The notes under the pieces were generated by a model. That model did not search any database and was not told the DNA's origin. It saw only the letters and a list, made by a program, of their open reading frames with translations. The translations under genes were made by a program, and so were the position numbers. DNA of 64,000 nucleotides. Source: Takakia lepidozioides (lineage: Eukaryota > Plantae > Bryophyta). Positions 51,898 through 64,000 of this stretch are shown here, piece after piece. The stretch covers positions 53,940,001 to 54,004,000 of the forward strand of contig CM060731.1 of the NCBI GenBank assembly GCA_030704615.1, written 5' to 3'. Position 1 is the first letter of the stretch; each line of letters opens with the position of its first letter.

Positions 51898-51938
51898 TTA
51901 GAGTTCAGTATGCGATCGTCCTTGGGATTGGCCTCATC

Positions 51939-54550
51939 ATGGGGTCGGGCAAGCCAAAGCGAAAGCGGAACGGCCCAAAAGATGATGATCCTGGTGAGCC
52001 CGATGGGGGCGACGTGTCACCGAGGCGGCCGTTTGAGGAAGCGATGAATGTTTTCGAAAACGAGGCCGCTCAGGAGCGGGAGGAATCCGAGGAGTCGGAG
52101 CCCGAGGAATCCTTGAGAGCTCCGACAAACCAAGAGATGCCTCCCATGCCGGCAGTCTTTTGGGAAGGGTTGTTGGCGCAGTTTGGCGGGACGTTGAAAG
52201 ACGTGTTGAAGGCGGCTAATGCCACTTCCACTAAGGCAAAGTTTAAGGTGAAGCCTAAGGAACCCGGCACCTTCGAGGGCGTTCGAAACCGGAAGGCACT
52301 CAACACCTGGCTCCTGGAGCAAGAGCAGTACTTCCGGGCGGCCAAGTTGGGTGACGAGGATCGGGTGGAAGTGGCTCCCACCTATTTGAGGGGCTATGCT
52401 CAACAATGGTGGCAGAAACGCCTTCACGACCGAGGCCCAAGCCCGGAAACCTTGAACTAGAGTGGGTTCAAGGAATTGATGAAGAGACAGTTTGTGCCCC
52501 TCAACGCATCCTGGCTTGCCCGGGACAAGATGAGGAATTTGAAGCAAACAGATGACATTCGGGGGTATGTCCAGGCTTTCAATGTGCTGTTGCTCGAAGT
52601 CGCGGACATGGCAGAACCAGAAATGGTTTTCAACTTTGTGGCGGGACTGGCCCCATGGGCTAGGCGGAAGTTGGAGGAGAAGCCACCCAAGACTTTGAAC
52701 GAGGCAATTGAGAGGGCTGAATGTTTCTCGGATGTCCCTAGGGGTGAGAGACAAGGCCGTACGGAGCTGAACCACAAGAAGACCCGGCGGGAAGGTGACT
52801 CCTTCCGACCGGAAAAGAAGTGGGATAGGCCACGCGGCGATAATGGCACGTGGAAATCGAAGGGAGGGCCTTCACATGTCAAGGCGGCACCCGGTGCTTC
52901 GAAAGGAAAAGCGGGTGGAGCGGCTTATGGCGGACAGAAGGCAACCTTTGATGGAGTGTGTTTCAATTGCGGGGAGCCCGGGCACATGGCCAAGAAGTGC
53001 ACAAAACCTCGACAATTGAACATGACTCGGGCAACCACGGAGCTGTCGAAAGATACAATCAGTCGCGTGGTGGAAGCGGTGGTCGCCAGGACTTGCAAGG
53101 TAGGCAACTATTCTTGTGAGTTGTATCAAGAAACTGGCGCCCTGCGTAAAGGGAGTCAGTTATTGTTCGTGGATGGGATAATATCCGGAACTAACGTGTC
53201 GTTGTTGGTGGACACAGGAGCGTCGCACTCCTTCATGACGCCGGCGGCGGCGCGAAAGTTGGGACTCCCGACAAGTGACGTGGGGGCCTCTATTGAGGTG
53301 CGCTCTGCCAAAAGAGAACCTCAGTTGGCGACAAGGTTGGCGTTTGATGTTCCTCTTCAACTGGGGAGTTGGGAGGGACGTGAGAACTTCACTATCTGCG
53401 AGACCGATGGAGTGGATCTCATTTTGGGGATGACCTTTTTGAGCAAATCCGGAGCGGTCATAGATGGCCGCAAGAGAGTAGTCACGCTGCCATGTGGGAA
53501 TGGTGGCGAGGTTTTACGAGTGTCGGAAACGCCCAAATCCGTGGGAGGGCGAATAAACCTTCTGTCAGCAAAGGAGTGGGCCGTGGAGGAGGCACACGAG
53601 TCCCAGTTTTTGCTTTACATTAGAGAAGTGAAAGGAGAAGGCGATGGGGAGCCGAGCCCAGATTGGATCAAGGGGATTTTGGAGAAATACCAGGATGTGA
53701 TGCCAAAGGATTTACCAAGCGGCTTGCCACTGCGAAGAGGAGTTGACCACAAGATTGAGGTGATACCGGGATCGGAACCGCCTGCCAAGGCGCCCTACCG
53801 GTTGAGCCACAGAAAGTTGGTCGAGCTGAAGACTCAACTCAAGGATCTAATGTCAAAGGTGTACATCCGGCCGAGTAAGTCACCTTACGGAGCCCCGGTG
53901 CTATTCGCAGACAAGAAGGATGGGACGCTGCGGATGTGTGTCGATTACAGGGCTTTGAATAAGGTGACTATCAAAAACCGGTACCCTTTGCCAAGGATCG
54001 ACGACCTTTTCGATCGGTTGGCAGGAGCGAAGTATTTCAGCCGGATCGACTTGCACTCCGGCTATCATCAAATTCGGGTGGCGGAAGGAGATGAGGAGAA
54101 GACCGCGTGCAGGACAAGGTATGGTTCATATGAGTTCTTGGTGATGCCTTTTGGGCTCACCAATGCACCAGCGACATTTAGCACGCTGATGAACAGCCTT
54201 TTCCAGGAGTGGTTGGATGACTTTGTGATCGTGTACATCGACGACATCTTGGTGTACTCGAAAACAAAGGAGGAGCACCTGGAGCACCTCAAAAGGGTGT
54301 TCCAAAAATTGCGAGAAGGGAAGTTGTATGCCAAAGCTTCAAAGTGCGAATTCGGGGTCACAAAAGTGGAGTTCATGGGGCATGTGATTACACAGGATGG
54401 GATCAAAATGGATGACAGAAAGGTGAGGGTGATCTTGGACTGGGAGCCTCCGACTTCGGTCCCGGGAGTGCGATCCTTCCTAGGACTCGCCTCCTATTAC
54501 CGGAAGTATGTGAGAAATTTCGCCAAAATCGCGGGGCCGCTGTCGGACCT
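51939..54550 (+). mobile_element. Ty3/gypsy gag-protease-RT, truncated before RNase H
   Basis: Single frame with one stop (TAG at 52458-52460, likely from TGG). Zinc knuckle [14 protein letters not shown], protease [19 protein letters not shown]. Homology ends after KIAGPLSDL. Confidence 0.95.
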
Positions 54551-54652
54551 TCATTTATGTCCAAGACATCCGTCAAGGTGTAGACTACCTACAACTAATC
54601 CAGTTCATATATGCTTCAAGGTATCCCTGGAAAGTGTTTTTGACAGACCAGA

Positions 54653-55421
54653 TTAAGGTGTCATCAACGATGCCTTAATCTGCCTCCTTATTTATGTTTA
54701 AAGCAGCCACTGAGTTTTGATACTCTCCACCCTGGATACTTTTAATCTCTGCTTGAAAGTCCACTGAAAACTAGGTTTCACTCCAGATTAAGGTATCGTC
54801 AACGATGCCTTAATACCACTCATATTTATGGTTTCGAACGTCCCCTCACTAGTCAGACTATCCACCCCTAAACCTATTCATCTCTGCCTCAAACTATGCC
54901 TCTACGTACATTTTACAGGCCAGATTAAGGCATCGTCAACGATGCCTTAATCGTCCTCCATGTTTCAGAAAAAAACAGCCAGTGAATGTGTTCCTCTCTG
55001 CATCAAAGTATTCGGAAAACGGATTCTAACTCCCAGATTAAGGTATCGTCAACGATGCCTTAATTCCCCTCCTCGTTTCTATTTCAGATATCCCCTCACT
55101 GTGCAGACTACCCATACTCAAACACTCAACCCAGGAATGGCAGACTATATTAAGGTGTCATCAACGATGCCTTAATCTGCCTGATTCATTCTGCTTCAGA
55201 AACCCCCTCACTTTGCCGACCAGTAAGCCTGTTCGTCTCTGTTTCGAAGAAACCCTGGGAATAGCAGAGCCCTAAACCCTAAACCCTGCATTCTTCATGC
55301 TGCTTTAGAGTCTAGTCATACAGCGGAAACTTGTGCTTTAATCGTGATCCTCTATGTTTGAAAGAAAACCCTCAATATCTGAATGGCTGACCAGATTAAG
55401 GTATCGTCAACGATGCCTTAA
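54653..55421. repeat. Interspaced array of a 26-bp palindrome TTAAGGYRTCRT-CA-ACGATGCCTTAA
   Basis: Copies start at 54653, 54788, 54925, 55038, 55150 and 55396 (spacers 109, 111, 87, 86 and 220 bp). Two more diverged copies lie at 55872 and 55965. Confidence 0.95.
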
Positions 55422-55571
55422 TCAGCCTCCTTTTGTCCATATCAAACTCTCTGAATAACCCACCAGCCTTGTCTTCTTTGCTTCAAAAAGCCATGGCAGA
55501 CTTCGAACTTTAGCACCTCTTTTCTGCTTCACAACAACCCTCAGAAATGAGAATGGGCAAGCTAGAACAAA

Positions 55572-56598
55572 CCTTCGTAGGCTTTGGACGGCCGCTGGAA
55601 GACCCCTTCTCCGTAGGTCGCATTGTTCCTTGCACTTGTGTCTTCCCCTTCACTCGTGGCTGTGTGTCCACTGGCTGCTCCACTGTTGCCCTAGCCCGCT
55701 GCGGAGAGTGAACCCTGGGTACCTCCTCCTCAGTCACCACGTTGATGTCCACTTCAGGGTTCTGGTCTAGAGCGTTCTTCTCGGCTGGTATCTCTCGGAG
55801 ACTCTCCCAGGCTTTCTTCCGTTTCCTCTGAAAAACATCACACATTGTTTGAAAGACAAATCAGCTCCATTTTAAGCTTGTGTTGACGACACCTTAATTT
55901 GGCACTGCATTGGAACATGAGGGAAACAGAGAGGAGGGTAAGGCGGGGAGGATGCGATTGCAAATTAAGCTGTCGTCAACGACATCTTAAAATGCAGGGC
56001 ATACTTCGATGGCTCCACCTGTTTTCATCTCTAACAATGCAAAAACAAACTGAACTATGCATGGCAATGGTGGTGCTACCCGAAGGAGACTCTGTTCAGC
56101 GCTGTCCGTCTCCAAATCCACTGCTCGCATGTTGCCTCCCACTTGTGCCTTGTCCTTCAACGCCCGCAAAGACAGCACTGTGTTGGATTGGCGCTCCCGG
56201 GTATTCACGGCCACCTGCTTTGTTACGACCTCCTGCACAGGAGTAACATCACTGCCTGGCATGCCTTCCTCCTCTCTTATAGGTGGCATTCTTTCCATCC
56301 CAGCCTCACGCAAAAGGGGAAGTTCCAAAAGTTCCTCCAATTGCTTTTCCACAGACGGCTCCGCAACTCCCCTATTCTGTAACCCTTCACCAGCAGATCC
56401 CTCCCCTTCACGGTCACTCTCCCCCTCGGAAAGATCAAGCGCCCTCCAAGTCTTCCTCATTCTCTCTCTGGCTTTCAACCTCTGCCTCGCCGACGTGTAG
56501 TAAAGAGACTTCCTACGCGTCCTCTTCTTTGCACTAACAATGACGTTCTTGGGAGGCTCCAGTGTGAATAGTTCGAAATGACACTAACGGGACACTCA
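55572..56598 (-). CDS. Spliced accessory gene of the DNA transposon (charged, low complexity), probably damaged; exons ~56598-56079 and ~55827-55572
   Basis: Open frames 55987-56478 and 55510-55845 have similar Glu/Arg/Lys-rich composition. A TTTTTCAG acceptor near 55828 and GT donors near 56078 and 55571 are present; no domain recognised. Confidence 0.45.
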
Positions 56599-57101
56599 TC
56601 CAACACTCCATTAGGGTCCACGAAACGGATGGATGGATGGCGGTTGGGGTTTCATCTCCGAAATCATCCGTTTAGGATTATCCCAAAAAACAGAGACGGC
56701 TCTTAATTGACTTGTTCGAATTGCGGTTGGGGGGGTTGTCTGCTATGCAACTTGGGAATGGCCAACTGGCATGGACCATCATTGACGGTCTGGGCCCTTT
56801 TAGTGGAACCTCTGCATGGACACCACGTACCCGTGGGTTTCAGTTGGTGTTCCACCAACATAGAGGTCGTTATGGAATGGGCTGCGGGTTTGTCCGAGGG
56901 AAATATGTCATTTGTTAGAAAATTGAACGCACCCTCGTAATTCTTAATACTGCTGAGCTGTTTTTAGGGCGGCGAAACGCTGCAAGATTATCATGAGAAT
57001 GATGGAAAAGAGAAAGTACACTGTGCAAAGATAAACAGTATGAACACAGAATAGGAGTCCCCCATATTGTCCAGTGTGCTTCATCCCAGTCCATGCGTAC
57101 C

Positions 57102-57660
57102 ATGTCTCCCACCTCAGACGTGGTAACATTGTACTCCCCTCTGCAAGCTGAGTACCTAAGTGCCGTGGCCGACGACAATGGCCTGGCCGTTGTTGAGGAG
57201 GATTTGATTTGCATAACATTCCGCTTTGAGCCAGGGACCGTCCATGTGGTCAGAGAGGTGTACGACAGTAGTGGGAAGGTCGAGGGAACGCAGGTTCAGA
57301 AGCCGCATAAACGGGATGGTCGAAGAGAGTGGAGAGTTCCACCCGCCAAGTACCGTGTTCATGGAGATCAGAGACGCCTTTCATCGGACACTATACTCAC
57401 GCCCGGAACAGCAGCTTCGGTGGCGCAGGCGCCAAAGTCGGTCCCCATCAAGACAGAAGAAACTACCTCCACGACATTTGTCGAGCTCTCGGACAGTTCG
57501 GAAGACGATGTCACGGAGGTCCCTCTTCCTACGAACCCTCCTATACTGGTAGACCCCGATGTCCAGGAGATCATTAGTGTCATTCCCAAGTTGCAGTCGT
57601 TGAGAGGATTGCCAGGATGCAAGAGCGATGTGAGAGGCATTGTTTGGGAAACACATCATT
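57102..57660 (+). CDS. Accessory ORF of the DNA transposon (5' exon or truncated), divergent from the minus-strand accessory gene
   Basis: About 185 open codons from MSPTSDVVTLYSP, with an acidic/Ser patch (ELSDSSEDD), running into a motif-rich non-coding tract. Confidence 0.45.
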
Positions 57661-58229
57661 GGTCTGTTGTCTTGTCGTTCGTGTACTCCATTCTGCATGT
57701 TGGGTCTTGGTGTAGTGCTCAGGTCTGCCGATTGGGTTGTTGATGTACTCGTTCGCATGGTCTACTATATAGGTGTTTAATGGTGTACTCCCTTCCGTGG
57801 TCTACTGTGTTGGGTTTCATTGGTGTACTGCCTTCCGTATTCTGCTATCTTGGTTTCCAGACAACCATGGTTTGACACAGTGGTTTACACACGTGGTGGA
57901 CACACATTTGTCTTGGTCTACAGCTTTACTTAGGTCGGTGGATTGTGACTTTTGTCTGTTGATTACACTTCGTTCGCGCAACGCTTGAGCTGGTCTACTG
58001 CTTCATTGGTCTGTCGGTTGCATTATTGGTCCAGTCCCTTCAGTCTACGATTATAGTGTACAACATTTCCTTGTCTACTGTGTGGGTTCTACCGTGGTCT
58101 ACTACTCCGCTTTGGTTGCGTGACTTCATTGGTCTACTTTATTCCGTGGTCTACTGTACTGCATGTCCCTCATCAATGCTTTGTAATGGAAAGGGTTTGG
58201 CAGATGGTAACCCAGGCATGGTCTGCTAC

Positions 58230-60465
58230 ATTGGTCTACTTGGTCTACTCATTGCGTACTTGGTCGAGCAGCTCATTGATCTCCCGCTTTAAAATTGCTT
58301 CCAACAGGTCTGGAGTGAGGAATGACTCCGCGGTGGCAGGAGTTGCACTTGGGAGCACATTTTCCTGTCCGCTTTTGAAATCGCATGCTCCCATGTCCTC
58401 GTGCGAGTCCAGGTTCACCAATCCAACGTGAACAGTGCTGAGGTGGGTGCCGCATGTACGGACAATCAGTCCGTCTTGCAGGTCTGGTTTTAGCAACTTT
58501 ATGACCCGAACCTGGTGCTTGCATATATTCCCTTTCAGGGCCCACGGGCATGTACAGCAGACCCACTGCAATTTCGGGATTGTGCACCGTGTAGGTAGTG
58601 TTTGGATCAGAGGAACTGATGACATAAGCTGGCTGACCAGGTCCGCCCGACAAAGTTACACGCGACAAAGGTATGTCACGGGCTGCACATATTGCACTGG
58701 AAATGTATTTTTCTTGTTTATCATTGCGAATGAACCCATGCGTCTTCAGATGAATGGAGTACTAGTTGTGGATAAGAACACGCCCTGTCAACTCCCATAT
58801 GAGCCAGTCGGCTCTCCGACCCGTCATTTTTCCTTTGCCCATATTCAATCTCGCCTTTAAGTTACCGTGATATGCCTCAATGCTTGCATTCGTATCTTGG
58901 CTTGCATGTGGAATGTTCCGGGCAGCCGTACACCACATCGCAATCTTGGGAACCCAGTACACATGAATGTAATGGAGAAACAAATGACCTGCAAGATATT
59001 CTTTTTCATTGCCCTCAATTTTTTCTTTACCCATTTGACAACCTCGTCTTCTTTATGAGGTCCACCTCTACAGTACATAAGGTCTCCCATATTTGCCAAC
59101 AGTTTCGAGGCTGTTCCCGGATCACTGATTTTCTGGCATGATTGCTTGACCCAGGCAAAGGTAGAGGAAAAGATGAAAATGGCACCCACAACAACAATGG
59201 GAGACTAACAGGCAATGAACTAGGCTATCATGCTCCCAGAACCCCGTGGAGAGGGTCGACGGCAGACCTTGTGATGGTTAGTTCCAAATGTCGCGTCGCA
59301 AGCTACGATGTGCGCATCGTCCAAGTCCAACATCTTCTGCCGCTGCCATGGAGTCTGAATACCAACGGTGAAGGTCAAATCTCCATCAAAATGTTGAAAT
59401 GTGGGCGCCAATGATTCCTCTTGGTAGAAGAACACCGAGTCCGGGTTCTGATCTTTCCACATACGTACGGATTGTGCATCGTCCGCGTGTTTTTTGAAGG
59501 TCTGTCAGGCTCGTTTTTCAGCGAGGTTCTGGACATCTTGCTCGAGGAGAAAGCCGTCGTGTGTCCATGCTTCTCCCAAGCCAGTGTTGTGCACATTGAC
59601 GTGCCCTTGTGTTCAATCATGACTTGCGCAACACTCAGGCCTCGGGACAAGCATTCCATGATCCACTTTTTCAGTTCCTCGCTTATATGTGGAGCATAGG
59701 CATATCGGCTGAACTGAAACTGGGCATACCCGCCATGAGAGGGTTTTCCGGACACATCCAGGTGCTGCATGTTGTTATAATATGTGATGACTCCAATGTC
59801 TGGAGCAAGAAAACATTGCGAGACTTTGAAAGAACAGAGACAACCACGCTTGTATGACTCGCCGTATTCGCTTTTCTTTCGTCTTGGACCTTTGTGAGGA
59901 TTACTGGTTCCAGCCCCGACGTCCGGACCTCCTCGCTTGACCTTTGGATTCCTCACACTCACATTGTTGGTGCGCTTGTCCTCTGGACCATAACAACACT
60001 GATACTTGGACAGGGTCATATTGGAATATGTCATCGACACCCATGGAGTTGGAGTTCTGCAAACATGTAAGATAGTATGAACCCTTCTACATCAACATGT
60101 ACATAGGGCGCAAGCACAGGAAGAAACTGGAAGTGCGGGAATATGGTGCAGACATGACAGAGGTTAGATATGTGTTAGCTCTTGGAGCTGTTCTCGTTCC
60201 AGACTTCGTGTGAACGTGCACATTTATGTAAAATTGGGTGGAACACCCGTCTCTACTCTCCTCTCCAAGTACAAAAGTCACCTACTCTCTCCCAGGGAAT
60301 ACAGGCCGTCTGGACGCACACTTGAGTGCCCATGTATCCAGAGTGACTCTCATTCTTCCAGTAAAGATCTTTGCAGGAAAATGGTCCATCCTTTGGTGTT
60401 TGAAGACATTGTCGTAGTGGACGTATAAGAAAGCTTTCAGGTTGGGCATCGACGGCCGCTGCCAT
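58230..60465 (-). mobile_element. SWIM-zinc-finger MULE-type transposase(-like) gene, intron-containing and frameshifted
   Basis: Successive segments IPWERVGDF, YQCCYGPED..KRGCLCSF..SGKPSHG..YAPHISEEL, FTVGIQTPWQ..ACDATFGTN, ASQDTNASIEAYHGNLK..RRADWLI, and SWIM CTCPWALKGNICKH. Confidence 0.82.
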
Positions 60466-60548
60466 ATACACTACAGTACCCTTTCGCGCACGCTTCAGCA
60501 CCTGCAATAGGACCTGCAAAGGTGGAAGCGAAGGACGACAGCACGCAC

Positions 60549-61272
60549 TGTCGCACACCTCAGTTCGGTAAACTCCCCTTCAAGTCATAGTTACTCGCTT
60601 TGATGCGCGCGCCTGACTCCCAACCTGGCCGCCGGGCCAACTTGGAGTTTCGGCTGCTCACCGGGACATAACGGTCCCCTTCCGCTTCCCTCTAAACCCT
60701 CCACCTATTTGGGACTAGGAGAATTCCCTTTGGTAGATGGCAGTCCGGAACAGCTCCCCACTCTTTGGTCGCTTTCCGGCTCGCTCGCTTACTCACTAGT
60801 TTTTGGTCGCCAACGGGCTTGCACCGTTCTCGGGGTTACTACTCCCTATATATACTTCTGTAGCTGTCCGCGGGGGATTCATAACCAGCCATGCCATTTT
60901 ATGGCGAACCACCACGAAAACCCTCGACTCCCGGTGGTGAGTCGCGGTGAGTCTTGGCCCACTCACCGCGGCCCCAATGGACCGTGATGAGTCCCAAGAC
61001 TCCCCACGACTCCCACCTCGAGGTCTCCACCCCATGGTGAGTCCTATGCCACCCCCACTAAGTCCCACTAAGCTACCACCACCCCTTGTGGAGCCACCTC
61101 CACCGCAACCCGGTGTGCGGGGCTCCACCTAGTGAGCGCCTCCGCCTCCTTGAGTGCCTTGGGCACTCAAGGGTGCTTCAGCCCCCCATACCTATCGCTG
61201 CCGCTGCCCCCACCACAGGGGCAGCCCCTCATGTGTCCCGACCCCCTGCCCTCAAGGCAAAGGGCCGCGACA
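60549..61272 (-). mobile_element. 3' LTR of a Ty3/gypsy chromovirus (724 bp)
   Basis: Reverse complement of the LTR at 51156-51883 with scattered substitutions. TG...CA ends, preceded on the minus strand by a PPT-like GGTAGGGGTGTG. Confidence 0.93.
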
Positions 61273-62178
61273 CACACCCCTACCAACAGGGAGTCGATGT
61301 CCTCATCGACTTGTCCATTTTGTAGAAACGAACATCCAAGTTGTGGCGTCCCACATCAAGGAGTTTGTTTTCGTACCATGGCGTCCCATGGCAAAGAACC
61401 AAACCCCACACTTGACTCCACTCTCCACTTGCTAGTTCGGCCGACTTCCTCCAAGTCCCGGCCAAGGGTGGAGCCTCTCCAGCTCCTCCTAGTGCACTCT
61501 TCTTGGCCTACTTCAAGGCCAAGGAACGATCCTCCCCGAGGATCGAATCGCCTTACTGCAACAACATTGCTTGCGATCGCTCATGATGCCGCTTTTGGCA
61601 TCACCTTGAGCAAGGGTTCACCTGGAACCCTCTTTGACTAGGAAGATAATCTTGAACCAACCGTGCGCCCCAATCACTACAATTGGGTCCGCCTTGGAAT
61701 GCTGGCCTGAGGTACGGGAACACGCCGAAGCCGCACTACGACTTCGTCCCGAGGCTACACGATTATAGTACGTGAACGGAAGCACGTAGCTTCCGCGTTA
61801 GCCCGCACTACAAGGCAACCCCCTCGGTAGCGCAGTTATAGTACGCGCACGCGCCAGGTGCGCACTAGCACTTGAACTCCCAAATAAGGCGCAAGTTTCC
61901 TTGCCCCTTGGATGGGAGTCACCCGATTTCGGCACTGCGCAAACACACGATTAACCCAATTTACCTCTCCCACTTTTGTAAGCTAGCATGCATTCTACAC
62001 ACCAGCCAACCACACCATGCATCAACATTCCAAACACAATAGGACGCACAATATTTGGAACCCATTTCCTTTATCACAAATTTTTGTACAATACAAGTTT
62101 TTGCAATCGGATTCCTGAGCTAGCTAAACCGGGCTAAGCATGCATTTCCTCCCCCACGCTCCAAGGTTGATGTCCCCA

Positions 62179-64000
62179 TCAACGCTTCTTCCGCTTTTGA
62201 GGTCGCCCTTCGAACGCTGCAACTGCCTCGGATGCGTTTCCCATTTCTGAGGCACGCACCCAAGATGCCTCCACAAGATGATAGCCCTTCCATTTGACGA
62301 GATACTCCGTTTCTTGGTTCTTGAACCTCCTCGACTTAAGTATTGCCTCCACCTCGTACTCGGGTTCATTTTCATGATCCAACAGCATAGGTGGCGGACG
62401 CAACACTTGCTGCCGATTCGGACGTGCTTCATCTTTGAAGTAAGGCTTCAAAAGGGAGACATGGAATACTGGGTGCACCTTGCTGTTTGCTGGCAGCTCC
62501 AATTCATACACATCTTCATTCATAACCCTCCGAATGCGAAAGGGACCCGCATACGGAGGTACGAACTTCGGACTCATTTCCGGAGGTAGTCGAAAATTCT
62601 TGATGTTCAACCAGACCTCTGTGCCTGCCTCAAACTTCACTTCCCTCCGCTTCCGATTCGCCTGCCTTTCATACCGTTTCCTAGCTTTGGCAATGTTGTA
62701 CTTTGCGAGCTTCAACAAACGCTCGCGTTCTTCCAGTACCGCCGCTACTGCCGGTTCCTCAACGTCCTGGGCGGCCCAACTTGTCGGCACCAGAGGTGCT
62801 TTTCCATAGACCAACACAAAAGGGGAAACTCCCGTCGCGGAGTGTTCTGTGTTATTATAACAGAACTCTGCCGCGTCTAAGTGTTCCATCCAGTCTGATT
62901 GGTCTGCCGACACGTAATTCCGCAAGAATTGCTTCACTACGGAATTCACTCTTTCCGTTTGGCCGTCCGTCGTAGGTCGGAAGGCGGTGCTCATCTTCAG
63001 CCTCGTCCCCATCTTCTTCCAAAGTGCTCTCCAGAATTTACTCGTAAACTTTGGGTCGCGGTCCGAGACAATATCCTTCGGGACTCCATGATGCTTTAAG
63101 ACGTGGGCGAAGTAAAGTCGCCCTGTCTCCTGCGCAGTAGCCGTCTCCTTGGTGGGGATGAAATGGGCCATTTTACTGAACCTATCTACCACCACCATGA
63201 TTGCATCGAATCCTTTTGACAGCGGCTTAGCAGTCATGAAATCCATCGAGACGCTTTCCCAAGTCCCCTCTGGAATCGGCAAGGGTTGTAACAGCCCCGC
63301 TTGCTTTTTATACTCGCTCCGGTTTTGTTGGCATGTGGTGCATGTCTTTACATACTCCTCTGCCTCCTCCCTCAGTTTGGGCCAGAAATACTCTTTCTTC
63401 AAGAGTGCCGCAGTGCGCTTGGCTCCACCGTGGCCCGCAAGCGGGCTATCATGGCATTCTCTCAAGAGACTATCCCTGATCCCTCCCTTTGGCACATAGA
63501 GACGTTTTTGCTTATACCGGAGCAGTCCGTTTTGCAAGTGGAACTGCGATTTAACCCCCATTCTCAAGTTTTGCATCACGCACTTTGCCAGCTCATCCTT
63601 CCGGCAAGCCTTCCGGATCTTCCTTTGGAGCGCCGTCTCGCCCTTGTACACCAACAAGAGCTGCTGCTTTCTACTTAAAGCATCGGCCACCACATTGTCC
63701 CGTCCCGGTTTGTACTGGATATCCACGTCGAACACTGCCAAAGTATCTTGCCACCTAAGTTGTTTTGGGGACAACTTGGGCTGCGTGGCAAAATACTTCA
63801 CCGTGACATTGTCCGTGAACACCTTCACTGGGTTGGAACCAACATAGTGGCGCCAGAGTTCAAGGCAATGTACCACCGCCTTCATCTCTTTTTCGTGCGT
63901 CGGCCACCGTCGCTCCACTTCATTCAGTTTCTTACTTTCGTAAGCCACTGGACGTCCATCTTGCATAAGTACACCCCCAATTGCGAAGTCCGATGCATCT
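62179..64000 (-). mobile_element. Ty3/gypsy RNase H-integrase-chromodomain ORF (runs off the window end)
   Basis: DASDFAIGGVLMQ (RNase H), HHCC zinc finger, SMDF/SDRD/TERVN (DDE), YAGPF, and chromodomain EYEVEAIL..EYLVKWKGY..ASWV. The frame is uninterrupted. Confidence 0.96.

Noticed and set aside
55271-55287. CCTAAACCCTAAACCCT as a telomeric repeat (also CTAACCCTAA at 4341-4366)
   Set aside because: Only about two units; such telo-box-like words are common in plant DNA.
54653-55421. Bona fide CRISPR array
   Set aside because: Eukaryotic context and no cas genes. The spacers are long, variable (86-220 bp) and similar to one another rather than unique acquired sequences.

Overview
Eukaryotic, repeat-rich plant nuclear DNA, most likely from a non-seed land plant (inference from the highly regular PLS-type PPR motifs, spliceosomal introns and TE types). 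Apparently intact host genes are a 5-exon pectin methylesterase (15732-18244 +) and an intronless UBL5/HUB1 (34430-34651 -). There are two further candidate small spliced genes. The rest is gene debris and transposons: PPR pseudogenes, including a 195-bp PPR-derived tandem array; a Helitron-like region whose kinase pseudogene appears split by a ~2-kb inversion; IQD, DnaJ and ORC2 fragments; a tRNA-derived SINE; and several tandem arrays. The last 13 kb hold two oppositely oriented halves of a Ty3/gypsy chromovirus that bracket a multi-ORF SWIM/MULE-type DNA transposon. The most unusual signal is in that transposon: a regularly interspaced array of a conserved 26-bp palindrome (TTAAGGYRTCRT-CA-ACGATGCCTTAA) between diverged but related spacers, plus a second motif cluster (TGGTCTACT). 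All calls come from reading the sequence and ORF track by eye; no database searches were run.
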